A stretch of 64,000 nt of DNA, taken from assembly GCF_963921235.1 (NCBI RefSeq), contig NC_086097.1, positions 197,472,001 through 197,536,000 of the forward strand, read 5' to 3'. The stretch is from Mobula hypostoma. Taxonomy: Eukaryota. Position numbers and translations under genes: made by a program. Positions 35,991 to 49,051 of the stretch are shown here, piece by piece. Position 1 is the stretch's first letter. Every line of letters begins with the position of its first letter. The notes beneath the pieces were generated by a model, which had not been told where the DNA came from, ran no database searches, and was given only the letters and a program-made list of their open reading frames with translations.

Positions 35991-36411
35991 ATATTGTTTG
36001 ATAAAGTTTTCAGGGATTTTAATAAAAGGAGTTTACACAAGGTTACTGCACAACAGGGCAGCTGGTGAAATTAAATTGTTTATTAAATAATCTGAAATTT
36101 TAAGATTGGTATTAGTCATTGTGCTTCATTTTAATTGCTAGTTATGAGTGCTAAATTCCAGAGACAAGATGAAAGCTGAGGTTCTTCATTAAAGTGGAGG
36201 CAATTTTACATGGGCTGCAGTTGTACTCCAAAAGTATTGCTGTGATTATTTTTTGTTTTTGGAGACCAATCATCTCAGTCCTTGTGTTTCTGCAGAAATT
36301 TCTCAGGAAAATGTTCCTGATCCAACAACCCAACAACAAGTGAGATATTGACTGATGATTGCACAATGTTCTTCATCGACAGCTCCTTGAATAATGAAGC
36401 AATCCAGTTTC

Positions 36412-36451
36412 TAATATCTACCAATATCTTCCAATATCTTCCAATATCTAC
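36412..36451. repeat. 10-bp tandem repeat (caatatctwc) x4
   Basis: taatatctac caatatcttc caatatcttc caatatctac. Confidence 0.8.
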
Positions 36452-36468
36452 CCTGACGAGTTATATAT

Positions 36469-37651
36469 CACGGGAGGCAACCTACGGCCCGCGGCCAGAT
36501 CTGGCCCACGAAGGTATTTTGACTGGCCCACGATCAAATATTTAGCTACTATGCTTATCTGGCCCGCGAGCAATTTTTCCTTATTCGTGTTTCACGCGAC
36601 CACACTGATGGACATGCATGGCGTCTTGTTACAGTGGCCCCAGGTTTCATCTTGTTCCAAATCAAACACTGGTATATATGAATGACGGGAAGGCAGACTA
36701 CCCTATTAATATGTATTAGATACTCTCCGTGCACGCGCAGGTTTTCAGATGGGATCGTTCAAATTTGTAAACAGAATCAGCGTCACTGTGTTTTAACAAG
36801 AAATCCACGCTAAATATCCAGATACTTGCATGTATTACGATACTTGTTGAATAACTCGCATTTGAAATAAAATCAAAGAAAAAAATTCCAATGACAATGA
36901 ATGCAAAATGCAGGAAGGTAGATGCTGAGTGGCAGAAAAGCAGTGAAAATGAAGGAAATACCTGTGCCGGCTATGAAGTCTCAAAACATATTGCAGAAAA
37001 GATGAAGCCTTTTACAGATGGAGAGTTTGTCAAAGAATGTTCACTGGCAGTGGTGGATATTGTTTGTCCTGAAAAGAAATCTTTATTTGCATCTATCAGC
37101 CTGTCAGCAAGAACGATCACATGGCGAGTTGAAGAAATGTCAGCAGATGTTAGAAGTTGTTTAAGGGATGCCTGCAACGAATTGCATTTTTTTCAATTGC
37201 ACTTGATGAGAGTACAGACTTGAAAGACACTGCTCAACTTGTAGTGTTTGTGTGAGGAGTGACCTCAATTTTTCAAATTTTTGAAGAGTTTATTCAGTTA
37301 ATTCCTATGAAGAACATGGTTACTGGAGCAGACATTTTTGAAGCTTTGTTGAAAATGATGTCAGAAATGAAACTTAATGTGTTGAAGCTAATTGGCATCA
37401 CAACTGATGGGGCATCAGCAGTGGTGGGACAGAAAAAACTAAACTGAGTTCCTTGATTACTAATTGGCATCCTTGGTTAAGCAGAAATGATTTTCTAGCA
37501 TGTGTTATTCATTAATTTGAGGCAAAACATAACTGGAGTATTTAAATGGATAATCCCTATATTTCAAGTTTTTTATGGCATTTATCTGGCCCACTGTCCG
37601 CTCATTAATATGCGATCCGGCCCTCAGAGGCAAAAAAGTTGTTGACCCCTG
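36469..37651 (+). mobile_element. Internally deleted hAT element (Buster/Charlie class, GTF2IRD2/SPIN-like transposase remnant)
   Basis: Perfect 8-bp TSD ttatatat. Termini cacgggaggcaac and gttgacccctg with ggccc subterminal repeats. Remnants KPFTDGEFVKEC...ISLSARTI, ALDESTD and ITTDGA, with frameshifts. Confidence 0.9.
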
Positions 37652-38169
37652 TTATATATGATCATCTCACATTTGAGTTCACTACAGATTCTAAAGCTAA
37701 GATATCAAGCTCAGTGTGCCTAATTTCTCCTCATATGGCTAAACTCACCATTCCAGGAATCATTTTGTAAATATTTGTTGCACTTTCTCTATTGCAATTA
37801 TATGGTACCATTAGGTGGAGGGAACCAAACCTACACACAGTATCTCAGATGTGGTCTCACCAAGACCTATCTAATTGTCTCTTTTCTTGTACTTAAGTCA
37901 TCTTGCAATTAAGGCCAGTAGGCTGTTTGTCTTTCAAATTGCTAGCTGAATCTGTGTATTAATATTCAGTGTGCCAAGGTCTCTCTGAATACCAAAACCT
38001 GCCATCCCCTCAGTATAAAAAAAATCCAAGGATATCACTGCTGTCGTTGAAGAACTTTTTATTCAGAGTCTTAAATGGCCTACCTTAATGAATGGTTCTA
38101 GATACCACTACCTGGAAAAACCACCTTCCTGCATCTATGATAAATTCTAAAGATGTTGGAATTAGCATT

Positions 38170-38485
38170 GTGACCATGGATAGCATTTAATGCCTGTGCC
38201 TTGCAGCTCCAGAGATCTGATACTGACCTTTGGTGTAGCATTTACACATTCTGCCTAGGACAATATGGATTTCATCAAAGCGCTCTGGATTCTCTCCACA
38301 TGCAAAAGTCATGCTGATTGGTAAATTCTGTCTGTAAATAGCCCATGGTAGATGAGGCTGAAAGGAGCATTGCAGGTGAGATGATGGAGTTGAGGGGATG
38401 CAGGAAGAAAAGTATCATGCACTGCATGATAGTCAGTGCAGACACAATGGCTGAGGGACCTGGTTCCATTCTCTGTGACTTCGTT
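38170..38485 (+). mobile_element. Decayed SINE (V-SINE/HE1-like with CR1-type tail)
   Basis: cagctccagagatct...acattctgcc...gctctggattctctccacatgcaaaag core and ggctgagggacctggttccattctct tail. Recognised by eye. Confidence 0.45.
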
Positions 38486-38933
38486 CTACTCACTTTAATT
38501 CTCTCCAGAGAATGCAGGCCAGGTCATTTTGAACAGTCACCTTTCAGCGAACCTGCCATTATTGGAATTGATCTTTGCTGTGTTACCTCTTCAACAAGTG
38601 AACCCTGATTTACTAAAACCAAATACTCCATGTATAGTCTCACTAAGGTCTATACCATTGCAATGAGGATTCCTTACTCCTGTATTCAAATCCTCTTGTA
38701 ATAAAAGCTGACATACTGCTTATCTTCTTAATTGCTTATTCACCTCCATCCAGATTTCCCTTCTACCAAAATGGATGACCTCAGATGTGAAATTAAGTTT
38801 TTTCCCCAATTCATTTTTGTGATCTGGTTGACACCATTGGATCTGGTGATATTGATCCAGAGGTTCTTCAGAAGTCAAGAATGAGATGTAGAAAGGCAAA
38901 GGAAAAGAAGCTGCAGTCATCTCATACTCAGAC

Positions 38934-41900
38934 TACTTGATACTTCATACTTTATTGTCGTCAAACAATTGATACTAGAACGTACAATCATCGTTGCGAT
39001 ATTTGATTCTGTGCTTCCCACTCCCTGGATTACAAATCGATAGTAAATATTAAAAATTTAAATTATAAATCATAAATAGAAAAATTAGAAAAATGGAAAG
39101 TAAGATAGTACAAAAAAACTGAGATGCAGGTCCGGATATTTGGAGGGTACGGCCCAGATCCGGGTCAGGATCCATTCAGCAGTCTTATCACAGTTGGAAA
39201 GAAGCTGTTCCCAAATCTGGCCGTACGAGTCTTCAAACTCCTGAGCCTTCTCCCGGAGGGAAGAGGGACGAAAAGTGTGTTGTGACCTTGATTATCCTGG
39301 TAGCACTGCTCCGACAGCGTGCAGTGTAAAGTGAGTCTAAGGACGGAAGATTGGTTTGTGTGATATGCTGCGCCATATTCACGATCTTCTGCAGCTTCTT
39401 CTGGTCTTGGACAGGACAACTTCCATACCAGATTGTGATGCACCCTAGAAGAATGCTTTCTACTGTCCATCTATAAAAATTAGTGAGGGTTTTAGGGGAC
39501 AGGTCAAGTTTCTTTAGTTTTCTCAGGAAGTAAAGGCACTGGTGGACCTTCTTGGCAGTGGACTCTGCTTGGCTGGACCAAGCCAGGTCATTTGTGATAT
39601 TGACCCCGAGAAACTTAAAGCTTTTGACCTGTTCCACTTGCGCACCACCGATGTAAATGGGGTCGTGCGGTCTGCTACTCGTTCTGAAGTCAACAACCAA
39701 TTCCTTCGTCTTGCTGACGTTGAGGGATAGATTATTGTCTTCACACCATGCCACCAGGTTCTTAATTTCCTCTCTGTACTCAAACTCATCATTACCCGAG
39801 ATACGGCTTACAATTGTTGTGTAATCAGCAAATTTATATATTGAGTTCGATGGAAACTTGGCTACACAATCATGGGTGTACAGTGAGTACAGCAGGGGGC
39901 TGAGTACACAGCCTTGTGGGGCACTGGTGCTCAGAGTGATTGTAGAGGAGAGCTTGTCCCCTATTTTTACAGCTTGGGTCCTGTCTGTGAGGAATTTAAA
40001 GATCCAGCTGCAGATCTGAGTGCTAAGGCCCAGGTTCCGGAGCTTAGGAATCAGTTTATTTGGAATGATGGTATTAAAGGCAGAGCTGTAGTCAATGAAA
40101 AGGAGCCTTACATATGCGTCTTTATTCCCTAGGTGTGCTAAGGAGGAATGTAGGGCCAGAGAGATGGCATCTGCTGTTGACCTGTTGCTCCGGTAGGCGA
40201 ATTGCAAAGCGTTGAGGTTGACCGGTAGGCTGTGGTTGATGTGTGCCATAACCAATTGCTTGAAGCACTTCATAGCAATTGATGTCAGAGCCACAGATCG
40301 ATAGTCATTCAGGCATGCCACCTTGCTCTTCTTCGGCACTGGGATTATCATTGCCTTCTTAAAACATGAGAGGACCTTCGACTAAAGCAAGGGGCAGTTG
40401 AAGATGTCAGCAAACACGCCAGCTAGCTCACTTGCACAGGCCCAGAGAACCTGTCCTGGGCCCGTCGCCTTCCTTGGATTTATCTTCAGGAGGGCCCTTC
40501 TAACGTCCGCCTCGGTAACAATAAATCTGGATGCCACCAGGTCCGGTTCATCCAGAGGGAGCAGGACGCTCCTCTTCTGTTCGAATCTTGCGTAGAATAC
40601 GTTAAGTTCGTCAGGAAGAGAAACGCCACAGTTATTGATATTCCCAGCCTTTTCTTTGCGCCCAGTGATCTCATTTAGACCCTGCCATAGTCTACTGGCA
40701 TCCCTCTGGTTAGCCTGGGCTTCCAACTAGGCTCGATATTGCCTCTTGGCGCCCTTAATGGCTTTCCGGAGTTCATGCCTGAATTCTGTGTAGCGACTGG
40801 TATCCCCGGACCTAAAAGCCGCCGCTCTAGCCTTTAAAAGGGACTTAACCTCATAATTCATCCAAGGTTTCCGGTTAGGGAATACCCGGATCGTCTTGCG
40901 ATACACACAGTCCTCCGTGCATTTCCAAATAAAGTCTGTGACAGCTGAGGCATACTCATCGAGGTTAGCTGCCGAGTCTTTGAATACTAACCAGTCCACC
41001 GATTCAAAGCAGTCACGGAGGACCTCATCCGTTTCCTCTGTCCAATGCGACACTACTTTTGACACCGTGACCTCCCGTTTCAGTTTCTGTTTGTAAGCCG
41101 GGAAGAGGAGTACGGCCTGATGGTCCGATTTTCCGAAGTGAGGTCGTGGGACGAAATGATAGGCATCCTTGACTGCTGTGTAGCAGTGGTCAAGTATATC
41201 CGGGCCTCTAGTGGGGCAGGAGACATGTTGGTATAACTTTGGCAGCGCCTTTCTGAGGTTGGCCTGGTTAAAGTCCCCAGCTGTAATGAGCAAAGCCTCC
41301 AGATACCTGGTCTCAAGTTCACTGATGTTGGCATACAGTATGTTCAGAGCACACTCCACATCCGCCTGGGGGGGAATGTAGACCGTTGTCAGTATGACCG
41401 AGGTGAATTCCCATGGCAGATAGTAGGGACCACACTTCACCGACAGGTGTCCCAGGTCTGGGCTGCAGGAGCTTGTCAGTGCCATTGTGTCCAAGCACCA
41501 CGCAGTGTTGATCAGTAAGCAGACACCACCTCCCCTCGTCTTGCCCGAAGATGCTGTGCGGTCCATCCGATGGATCGAAAATCCCTCCAGTCGGATGGCA
41601 CAGTCGGGGGTGGCAGAGGAGAGCCAGGTCTTGGTGAAACAGAATACACAGCAGTTCTGCATCTCCCTGCAGTAGGTGAGTCTCCCTTTAAGATCATCCA
41701 CCTTGTTCTCTGTGGCTTGCACATTAACTTGTAGGATGGTGGGCATAGGGACCCTGAAGCCCCTCAGCTTCAATCTGACCAGCAGCCCAGCTCTTTTCCC
41801 ACGCTTCCTCGGTAAATAGTGCATCTTTCCAGGTTTCCATCGATGCAGTGTGTTGCTGTCAGCTCTTTGAGGTTGGTGGACGCATCCCGCGGGGATCGAT

Positions 41901-42540
41901 CGGCCGGTCATGTCGTCGTGCGCTCCGGGTTGGGCCGAGTGACGGGGGAGGCTCCACTGCCACTTCCAGCTGCCGGGGGCCAGGGCTGTCGATTGGGTCG
42001 GGCCCCGAAGCTGACACTTAATCCCGGAGGGCTGGGCTCCTGGCTGAAGCAAGTCTGTAAACTGAGTCACGGTTGCGGAGGCCTCCGCTCCAGCTGAGCT
42101 TAGGGCTCGATTTCTGAGGTCGGCGGCGGAGGCCTCACTTCCGGCAGCTGTGGATGTCCACCATCGGGGCTTTATGGTATTCGCTCCAGGGAAGCGCCTG
42201 GGCATCTTGAGGTCTCCGCCGTCACTTCTGTGTGGTTGTCTGCTCCGGAGAGGTGCTGGTCGGAATGGGCCGTGTCTGCAAGCTCTCTGGCACGGTAGCA
42301 GGCCGCGGGTCTCCGGGAACGTGGTGGGCCTCGCTGGTCGGGTCCAGGTGCGGTCCGGAGTTTAAGAAGCAATTCTGGTGCGGTGGTCTCCACCTGGGTC
42401 AGTAGCTTTGCCAGGGTGTTGTTGATCTTGCTAAATGTAGCAGATTGAAGATTTAGAAGGGTTTCTCGGGTATAGGATAGTGTAAAGGGCAGTTTTCTCG
42501 GGAGAGCACGAGCAGAGTCGCCAGTTACCGGCGCCATGTT
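38934..42540 (-). mobile_element. Near full-length Rex1/Babar LINE (APE and RT), inactivated
   Basis: APE in ORF 40727-42205 (CFTKTW, VYIPP, GDFN, LDHCY, SDH). An in-frame stop at 40727, a frameshift near 40380, and RT in ORF 39233-40351 ([12 protein letters not shown] mutated to FADY). CpG-rich 5' end beginning aacatggcgcc. Confidence 0.93.
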
Positions 42541-42714
42541 AAGCTAACATGAGATAACAACATGCCAGTGATAACAATTAACCTATAAAATTGCCAGATC
42601 TAAGTGGTGGGATAACTGCTGCATAAAAAACTGAAGTTTCTAGAAAATGCAGGATCAGCTGCATTGCAATTATGAGCAAGTTTATTGATCTATCATACTT
42701 AGGGGAATATATAA

Positions 42715-43574
42715 TGTTACGTACCCCGTAACTGGGTTGCCAAACCAGCAGAAATGGATCACTCAGTTGGAGTCTGGAGTACTAGAACTAAGAAAGTTTT
42801 ATTAAAGAAACAAGCAACACAGTAATCGAAAGGATAATAAATGCAACAGTTCAGTGATGATAAACACACATGTGCACAGAATTAAGATAACAGCATCAAT
42901 CAAGCTCTATCGTTGTCTAGGGGTAAATGACCAAATTTCAAAATGACTCAAAGTTCAGTCCAGTTAGTAGTTCAGTTCGCAGTAATCGTTGCCATGGCGA
43001 TGGACAAGGTGGGGGAAGAGACAGAGAGAACAGGAACAACTGATCATTCAGAACACGGCTTCACTCACAGACCAGCGAGATGGCTCACAAGCAACTTTTG
43101 GGCGGGTCCTTGGTGATGTCACCTGAGGTCACTGACTGTGACCCCTCCTCCAGATGCGGTCGATCCTCTGCAGTGAACCCGGCACCCAGGCAAGGGCGGA
43201 CACACACCGGGTTCCCGCTGATCGTACCTTTCCACCCTGGTCGTTGTCTGGTACTTCTCACCCACTCGTGAGAAGCGTACTGCTTCCAGGGTCTCGTTAC
43301 CTCGGGTGGCGTGTGTCTGTCTTAGCGAACCTGTCCCTTTTTATCCCCCTGCTGGGGTATCGCCTGTCCATCACTTCAAACAGTTCAGGGTTCAAAGTGG
43401 GGAGCCGCTCCAGACAGCTCTCTCTCCCACATCCCTTCATTACACATCTCCAGACGCTGCTCCATTGTTCCTTATCTCTCCTTCCCCTGAGGGCAGGTGG
43501 CAGACCAACTGCTGATGCCACTGATGCTAGCCCAGGCCAGCAAACATCTTAATTTTATGTGTATTCTCGTAACA
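42715..43574 (-). mobile_element. Solo LTR (Gypsy-type), 860 bp
   Basis: TGTTACG...CGTAACA terminal inverted repeat and a perfect 4-bp TSD ataa/ataa. Orientation is inferred from AATAAA on the minus strand near 42800. Confidence 0.9.
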
Positions 43575-44428
43575 ATAAAAATACAAGCAAGCATAGAAAA
43601 GTTAAACTACAAGAAAAATAACAATTCTACACCCTGATCCAACTTCACTGACTCGGGCACCATTTATTGCCCATCTTCAATTTCCTTTGAGAAGCTGGTA
43701 GTCAATCAATTCCTTGAACAACTGCCATCCGTCTGTTGAAGTTGTTTCCACAATGTTGTTTGTTTAGGAGTTCCAAAATTTGAACACAGCAAAGATGAAG
43801 TACCTCTATGTATTTTCAAGAAGGTACTGTTCCCCTAAACCTGCTGTCTTTGCTCAACTTGGTAGAGGTGGTAGCCTGGATAGTTAACACAGAGGTACAT
43901 TTTATAGATTGCACTGAATTACACTAGTGGTAAGAGGAATGATTGTTTAGGATGGTAATTGTGTGCCAGTCAATAAAACTGCATTGTTTTGAATTTCTCA
44001 GAAATTATTGCTGCTTTGTTCAACCGACCAAGTGATAAGTATTCCATAATTCATGCTCCTGACTTGTGCCTTTAAGTTGGTGGAAAGGTCTTGAGGTCTG
44101 TGGAAACGAACTTGCCTTAGAGGATACTCGGCATTTAACCTCAGAACTTGAATAGAGTCAGAGAGCAATACAGCTTGACCCAATGAGTCCAAGCTGACTA
44201 TGTTGTCTGCCTGGCATGTCCCAACTTCCTTTATTTAGCCAATATTCCCTCCAAGCCCTGCCTCTTCATGTACCCGAACCAATTGCTGCTTATTTGATAC
44301 TTTTGTACCTAGCTGAACTTCTTCTGGCAGCTCATTCCATGTACTCACCACCCTTTGTGTGAAAATGTTGCTCCACAGGTCCCTTTCCCCTCTTATCCTA
44401 TTCAGAATCAGAATTAATATCACTGGCA

Positions 44429-47327
44429 ACACACGTAAAAGTTGCTGGTGAACGCAGCAGGCCAGGCAGCATCTATCAGAAGAGGTACAGTTGATGTTTC
44501 GGTCCGAGACCCTTCGTCAGGACTAACTGAAAGAAAAGCTAGTAAGAGATTTGAAAGTGGGAGGAGGAGGGGGAGATCGGAAATGATAGGAGAAGACAGG
44601 AGGGAGAGGGATGGACAGGCGATTGGCAAAAGGGATATGAGAGGATCATGGGACAGGAGGCCGAGGGAGAAAGAAAGCGGGAGGGGGGAACCCAGAGGAT
44701 GGGCAAGGAGTATAGTGAGAGGGACAGAGGGCGAAAAGGGAGAGAGAGAAAAAGAATGTGTGTATATAAATAAATAAATAACGGATGGGGTGGGAGGGGG
44801 AGGTGGGGCATTAGTGGAAGTTAGAGAAGTCAATGTTCATGCCATCAGGTTAGAGGCTGCCCAGATGGAATATAAGATGTTGTTCCTCCAACCTGAGTGT
44901 AGCTTCATCTTTACAGTAGAGGAGGCTGTGGGTAGACATGTCAGAATATGAATGGGACGTGGAATTAAAACGTGTGGCCACTGGGAGATCCTGCTTTCTC
45001 TGGTGGACAGAGCGTAGGTGTTCAGTGAAATGATCTCCCAGTCTGTGTTGGGTCCCGCCAATATATAGAAGGCCACATCGGGAGCACCGGGCACAGTATA
45101 TCACCCCAGCCGGCTCACAGGTGAAGTGTCACATTACCTGGAAGGACTGTCTGGAACCCTGAATGGTAGTGAGGGAGGAAGTGTAAGGGCATGTGTAGCA
45201 CTTGTTCTGCTTACAAGGATAAGTGCCAGGAGGGAGATCAGTGAGGAGGGATGGGGGGGGACGAATGGACAAGGGAGTCGCGTAGGGAGCGATCTTTGCG
45301 GAAAGCGAGGGGGAGGGAAAGATGTGCTTGGTGGTGGGTTCCTGTTGGAGGTGGCGGAAGTTACGGAGAATAATACGTTGGACCCGGAGGCTGGTGGGGT
45401 GGTAGGTGAGGACCAGGGGAACCCTATTCCTAGTGGGGTGGCGGGAGGATGGAGTGAGAACAGATGTGCGTGAAATGGGGGAGATACGTTTGAGAGCAGA
45501 GTTGATGGTGGAGGAAGGGAAGCCCCTTTCTCTAAAAAAGGAGGACATCTCCCTCGTCCTGGAACGAAAAGCCTCATCCTGAGAGCAGATGCGGTGGAGA
45601 CGGAAGAATTGTAAGAAGGGGATAGCATTTTTGCAAGAGACAGGGTGAGAAGAGGAATAGTCCAGATAGCTGTGAGAGTCAGTAGGCTTATAGTAGACAT
45701 CAGTAGATAAGCTGTCTCCAGAGATAGAGACAGAAAGATCTAGAAAGGGGAGGGAGGTGTCGGAAATGGACCAGGTAAATTTGAGGGCAGGGTGAAAGTT
45801 GGAGGCAAAGTTAATGAAGTCATCGAGCTCAGCATGTGTGCAGGAAGCAGCGCCAATGCAGTCGTCGATGTAGCGAAGGAGAAGTGGGGGACAGATACCA
45901 GTATAGGTTTGGAACAGAGATTGTTCCACAAAACCAACAAAAAGGCAGGCATAGCTGGGACCCATACAGGTGCCCATGGCTACACCTTTAGTTTGGAGGA
46001 AGTGGGAGGAGCCAAAGGAGAAATTATTAAGAGTAAGGACTAATTCCGCTAGATGGAGCAGAGTGGTGGTAGAGGGGAACTGATTAGGTCTGGAATCCAA
46101 AAAGAAATGGAGAGCTTTGAGACCTTCCTGATGGGGGATGGAAGTATATAGGGACTGGACATCCATGGTGAAAATATAGCGGTGGGGGCCAGGGAACTTA
46201 AAATCATCGAAAAGTTTAAGAGCGTGAGAAGTGTCACAAATATAGGTAGGAAGGGATTGAACAACGGTGGATAAAACAGTGTCGAGGTATGCAGAAATGA
46301 GTTTGGTGGGGCAGGAGCAAGCTGAGACAATGGGTCTACTTGGACAGGCAGGTTTGTGGATCTTGGGTAGGAGGTAGAAACGGGAAGAGCGGGGTGTGGG
46401 AGCTATAAGGTTGGTAGCAGTGGATGGGAGATCCCCTGAGTAGATAAAGTCGGTGATGGTGTGGGAGACAATGGCCTGGTGCTCCTTAGTGGGGTCACGA
46501 TCGAGGGGTAAATAAGAGGAGGTATCCGCGAGTTATCGCTATGCCTCGGCAAGGTAGAGGTCAATGCGCCAGACTACAACAGCACCCCCCTTATCGGCAG
46601 GTTTTATAGCAAGGTTAGGATTATTGCGGAGGGAGTTGGAGAGCAGAGCATTCAGAAGGAGTGAGGTTGGAACGGGAACAAGGTGCAGTGATGTCGAGAC
46701 GGTTGATGTCCCGTCAGCAGTTAGTAATAAAGAGATCCAGAGCAGGCAGAAGACCAGAGCGGGGTGTCCATGAAGAGGAGGATGGTTGAAGACAGGAGAA
46801 GGGGTCATTGGTGGGGATGGGAGAGTCCTTGCCGAAGAAGTAGGCTCGAAGACGGAGCCGGCAGAAGAAGAGTAATGCGTCATGGCGAACGCAGAACTCG
46901 CTGAGGTGTGGGTGAAGGGGGACAAAGCTGAGGCCGTTACTGAGGACAGAGCACTCTGCCTCAGACAGTTGAAGGTCGGAGGGGATGGGAAAGACCCGGC
47001 ACGAATGAGAAGTGGGATCAGAGGGGGGAGGGGGAGGGAGGCTGGTGGTGTCAGTGGAGAGGGCAGGGTTGGGGTGAAAGGAAGAAGGAGCCTCTGAGGG
47101 CCCAAGAGTAGCTGATGGAATGTGAGGGAGACGGGGCTGCAGAGTGGTGGTGGGGGAAGTGGAGATGGGAGTTACAATAGCAGCACATGAAGACCCGGCC
47201 TGTTCAAGGCTGGAGCCTTGAGAGCTCGGATCAGAGGGGGGAGGGGGTAGGCTGGGGGTGTCGGAGAGGGGAGGATTGGGGTGAGAGGAAGATGGAGCCT
47301 CTGAGCGCCCAGGAGCTGATGGTGGGT
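44429..47327 (-). mobile_element. Penelope-like element (RT and GIY-YIG endonuclease), 5'-truncated, with a 14-15-bp TSD
   Basis: RT in ORF 45129-46166 (MDVQSLYTSIP, GVAMG, RYIDD, FLD). GIY-YIG in ORF 44850-45104 (IYC.RCSRCGLLYIG.T..RL...F.EH). KPADKGGAVVVW motif at about 46580. TSD ttaatatcactggc(a) at 44414 and 47328. Confidence 0.93.
44489..44524 (-). ncRNA. Penelope-associated minimal hammerhead motif, CpG-decayed
   Basis: Minus strand reads AGTC-CTGACGA-agggtctcggacc-GAAA-C-ATC-AACT. The core is intact, but the GTC-GACT seen in the 18427 copy is here ATC-AACT. Confidence 0.6.
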
Positions 47328-49045
47328 TTAATATCACTGGCATATGTTGTGAAATTTGTTGTTTTGTGGCAGCAGTACAGTGCAATACATAATTAAAAAT
47401 ACTGTAAATTACAATATGAAATGTATAACAAATAATTAAATACTGTAAGAATTGAAAAAGCAGAAAAATATTGTGAGGTAGTGTTCATGTGTTCATTGCC
47501 CATTCAGAAATCTGATGGTAGAGGGGAAGAAGCTGTTCCTCAAATGTTGAGTGTGTGGCTTCGGGCTCCTGTATCACCACCTTGATGGTAGCAATAAGAG
47601 AGCATGTCCAGGGTGATGGGAATTGTTTATGATTGATGCCACATTTTGAAGATTGTCTTTTGAAGATGTCCTTAATGCTGAGTAGTATGATGGCGCTGGT
47701 TGAGTTTACAACTTTCTGTAGCTTTTTCCAAACCTGTGCAGTGGTCCCTTCCATTACCAATTAAAATGCTCTCCACATGTAGAAATTTGCAAGGGTGTTT
47801 GCTGACATACCAAATCTTCTCAAATTCCTAATGAAATATAGCTGCTGTTGTGCATCAGTATGTTGGGCCCAGGATAGATCTTCAGTGATATTGACACCAG
47901 CAACTTGAAACTGCTCACCATTTCCACTACTTGGTCCGTCAATGAGGACTAATATGTGTTCATACGGCTTTCCCTTTCAGAAGTCCATAATCAATTCCTT
48001 GTCATATTGACGTTGAATGTTGTTGTGACACCACTGAACCAGCTGATCTTTCTCACTCCTATATGCGCCTCCTTGTCACCATCTGATATTTTGCCAACAG
48101 TAGTTGTGTCATCAACAAATTAAAAGATCGCCTTTGAGCTCTGCGTAGCCACGCAGTTTTGGATATCGAGAGAGTTGAGTAGTGGCTAAAGCATGCATCT
48201 TTGAGGTGCAAGAATTTTGGTTGTCAGGAGAAGATATTATTTCTGATCTGCACTGATTGTGGTTTTCCGATGAGGAAGTCAAGGATCCAGTTGAAAAGGG
48301 AGATACAAAGGTTTTGGTGCTTGTTGATTAGTACTTGAGGGAATTTTGGTGAGGTGTAATTAATAAATAGCAACTTGGCATAGGTATTGTTATTGTTCAA
48401 GTGGCCAAAGTTGAGTGAAGAGCCAGTGAGATTGCATCCACAGTAGACATATTGTGAAAGGCAAATTGAAGTGGGTCCAGGTCCATGCTAAGGCATGAGT
48501 TTACTCTACCATGACCACCCTTTCTTCATCACAGCAGATGTGTGTGCAACTGGGTGATGGTCATTGAAGTAGCTCATCCTGCTCCTCTTTGGCACTGGTA
48601 TAATTGTGGCCCTTCTGTAGCAGGTGGGAATCTCTGACTGCAGCAGTGAGAGATTGAACATACCCTTGAACACTCCCAGTTGTTTTCAGTTCAACATCAG
48701 GGCTTGAGGCCTTGCAAGTGTTCACCCTCTTGAAAGATGTTTTGATATTGGCCTCCGAAACAGAGATCACAGGGTGAAGAGGTGCTACAGGAGTAGTTTT
48801 ATTCTCCCTTTCAAAGCATGCATAAAAGGAGTGAAGCATCACAGCCATTCATGATGTTAGATTTTGCCTTGTTAGAAGTAATGGCCTATAAATGTTGGTG
48901 TACATCTGATTTACATCTCTAACTTAAATGGGAATTGTTTTCTCACTCTTAAAATAGACTTCAGTAGGTTGTATCTGGACTTTTCATATAGTTCTGGCTT
49001 ACTGGCCTTGAATGCCACAGAACTAGCCCTCAGTGGACTATGAAT
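47328..49045 (-). mobile_element. Old decayed Rex1-type LINE, host of the Penelope insertion; its tail is at about 44400-44428
   Basis: Scraps KKLQKVVN and SFYACFE...ISVSEA, with the 3' UTR continuous across the TSD. Confidence 0.75.
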
Positions 49046-49051
49046 TTCCTC

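Noticed and set aside
36296..36339. Plus-strand exon candidate (tttctgcag|...CAA|gtgaga)
   Set aside because: At 44 nt it would frameshift TRAPPC9, and it has no similarity to TRAPPC9 protein. Probably a pseudo-exon.
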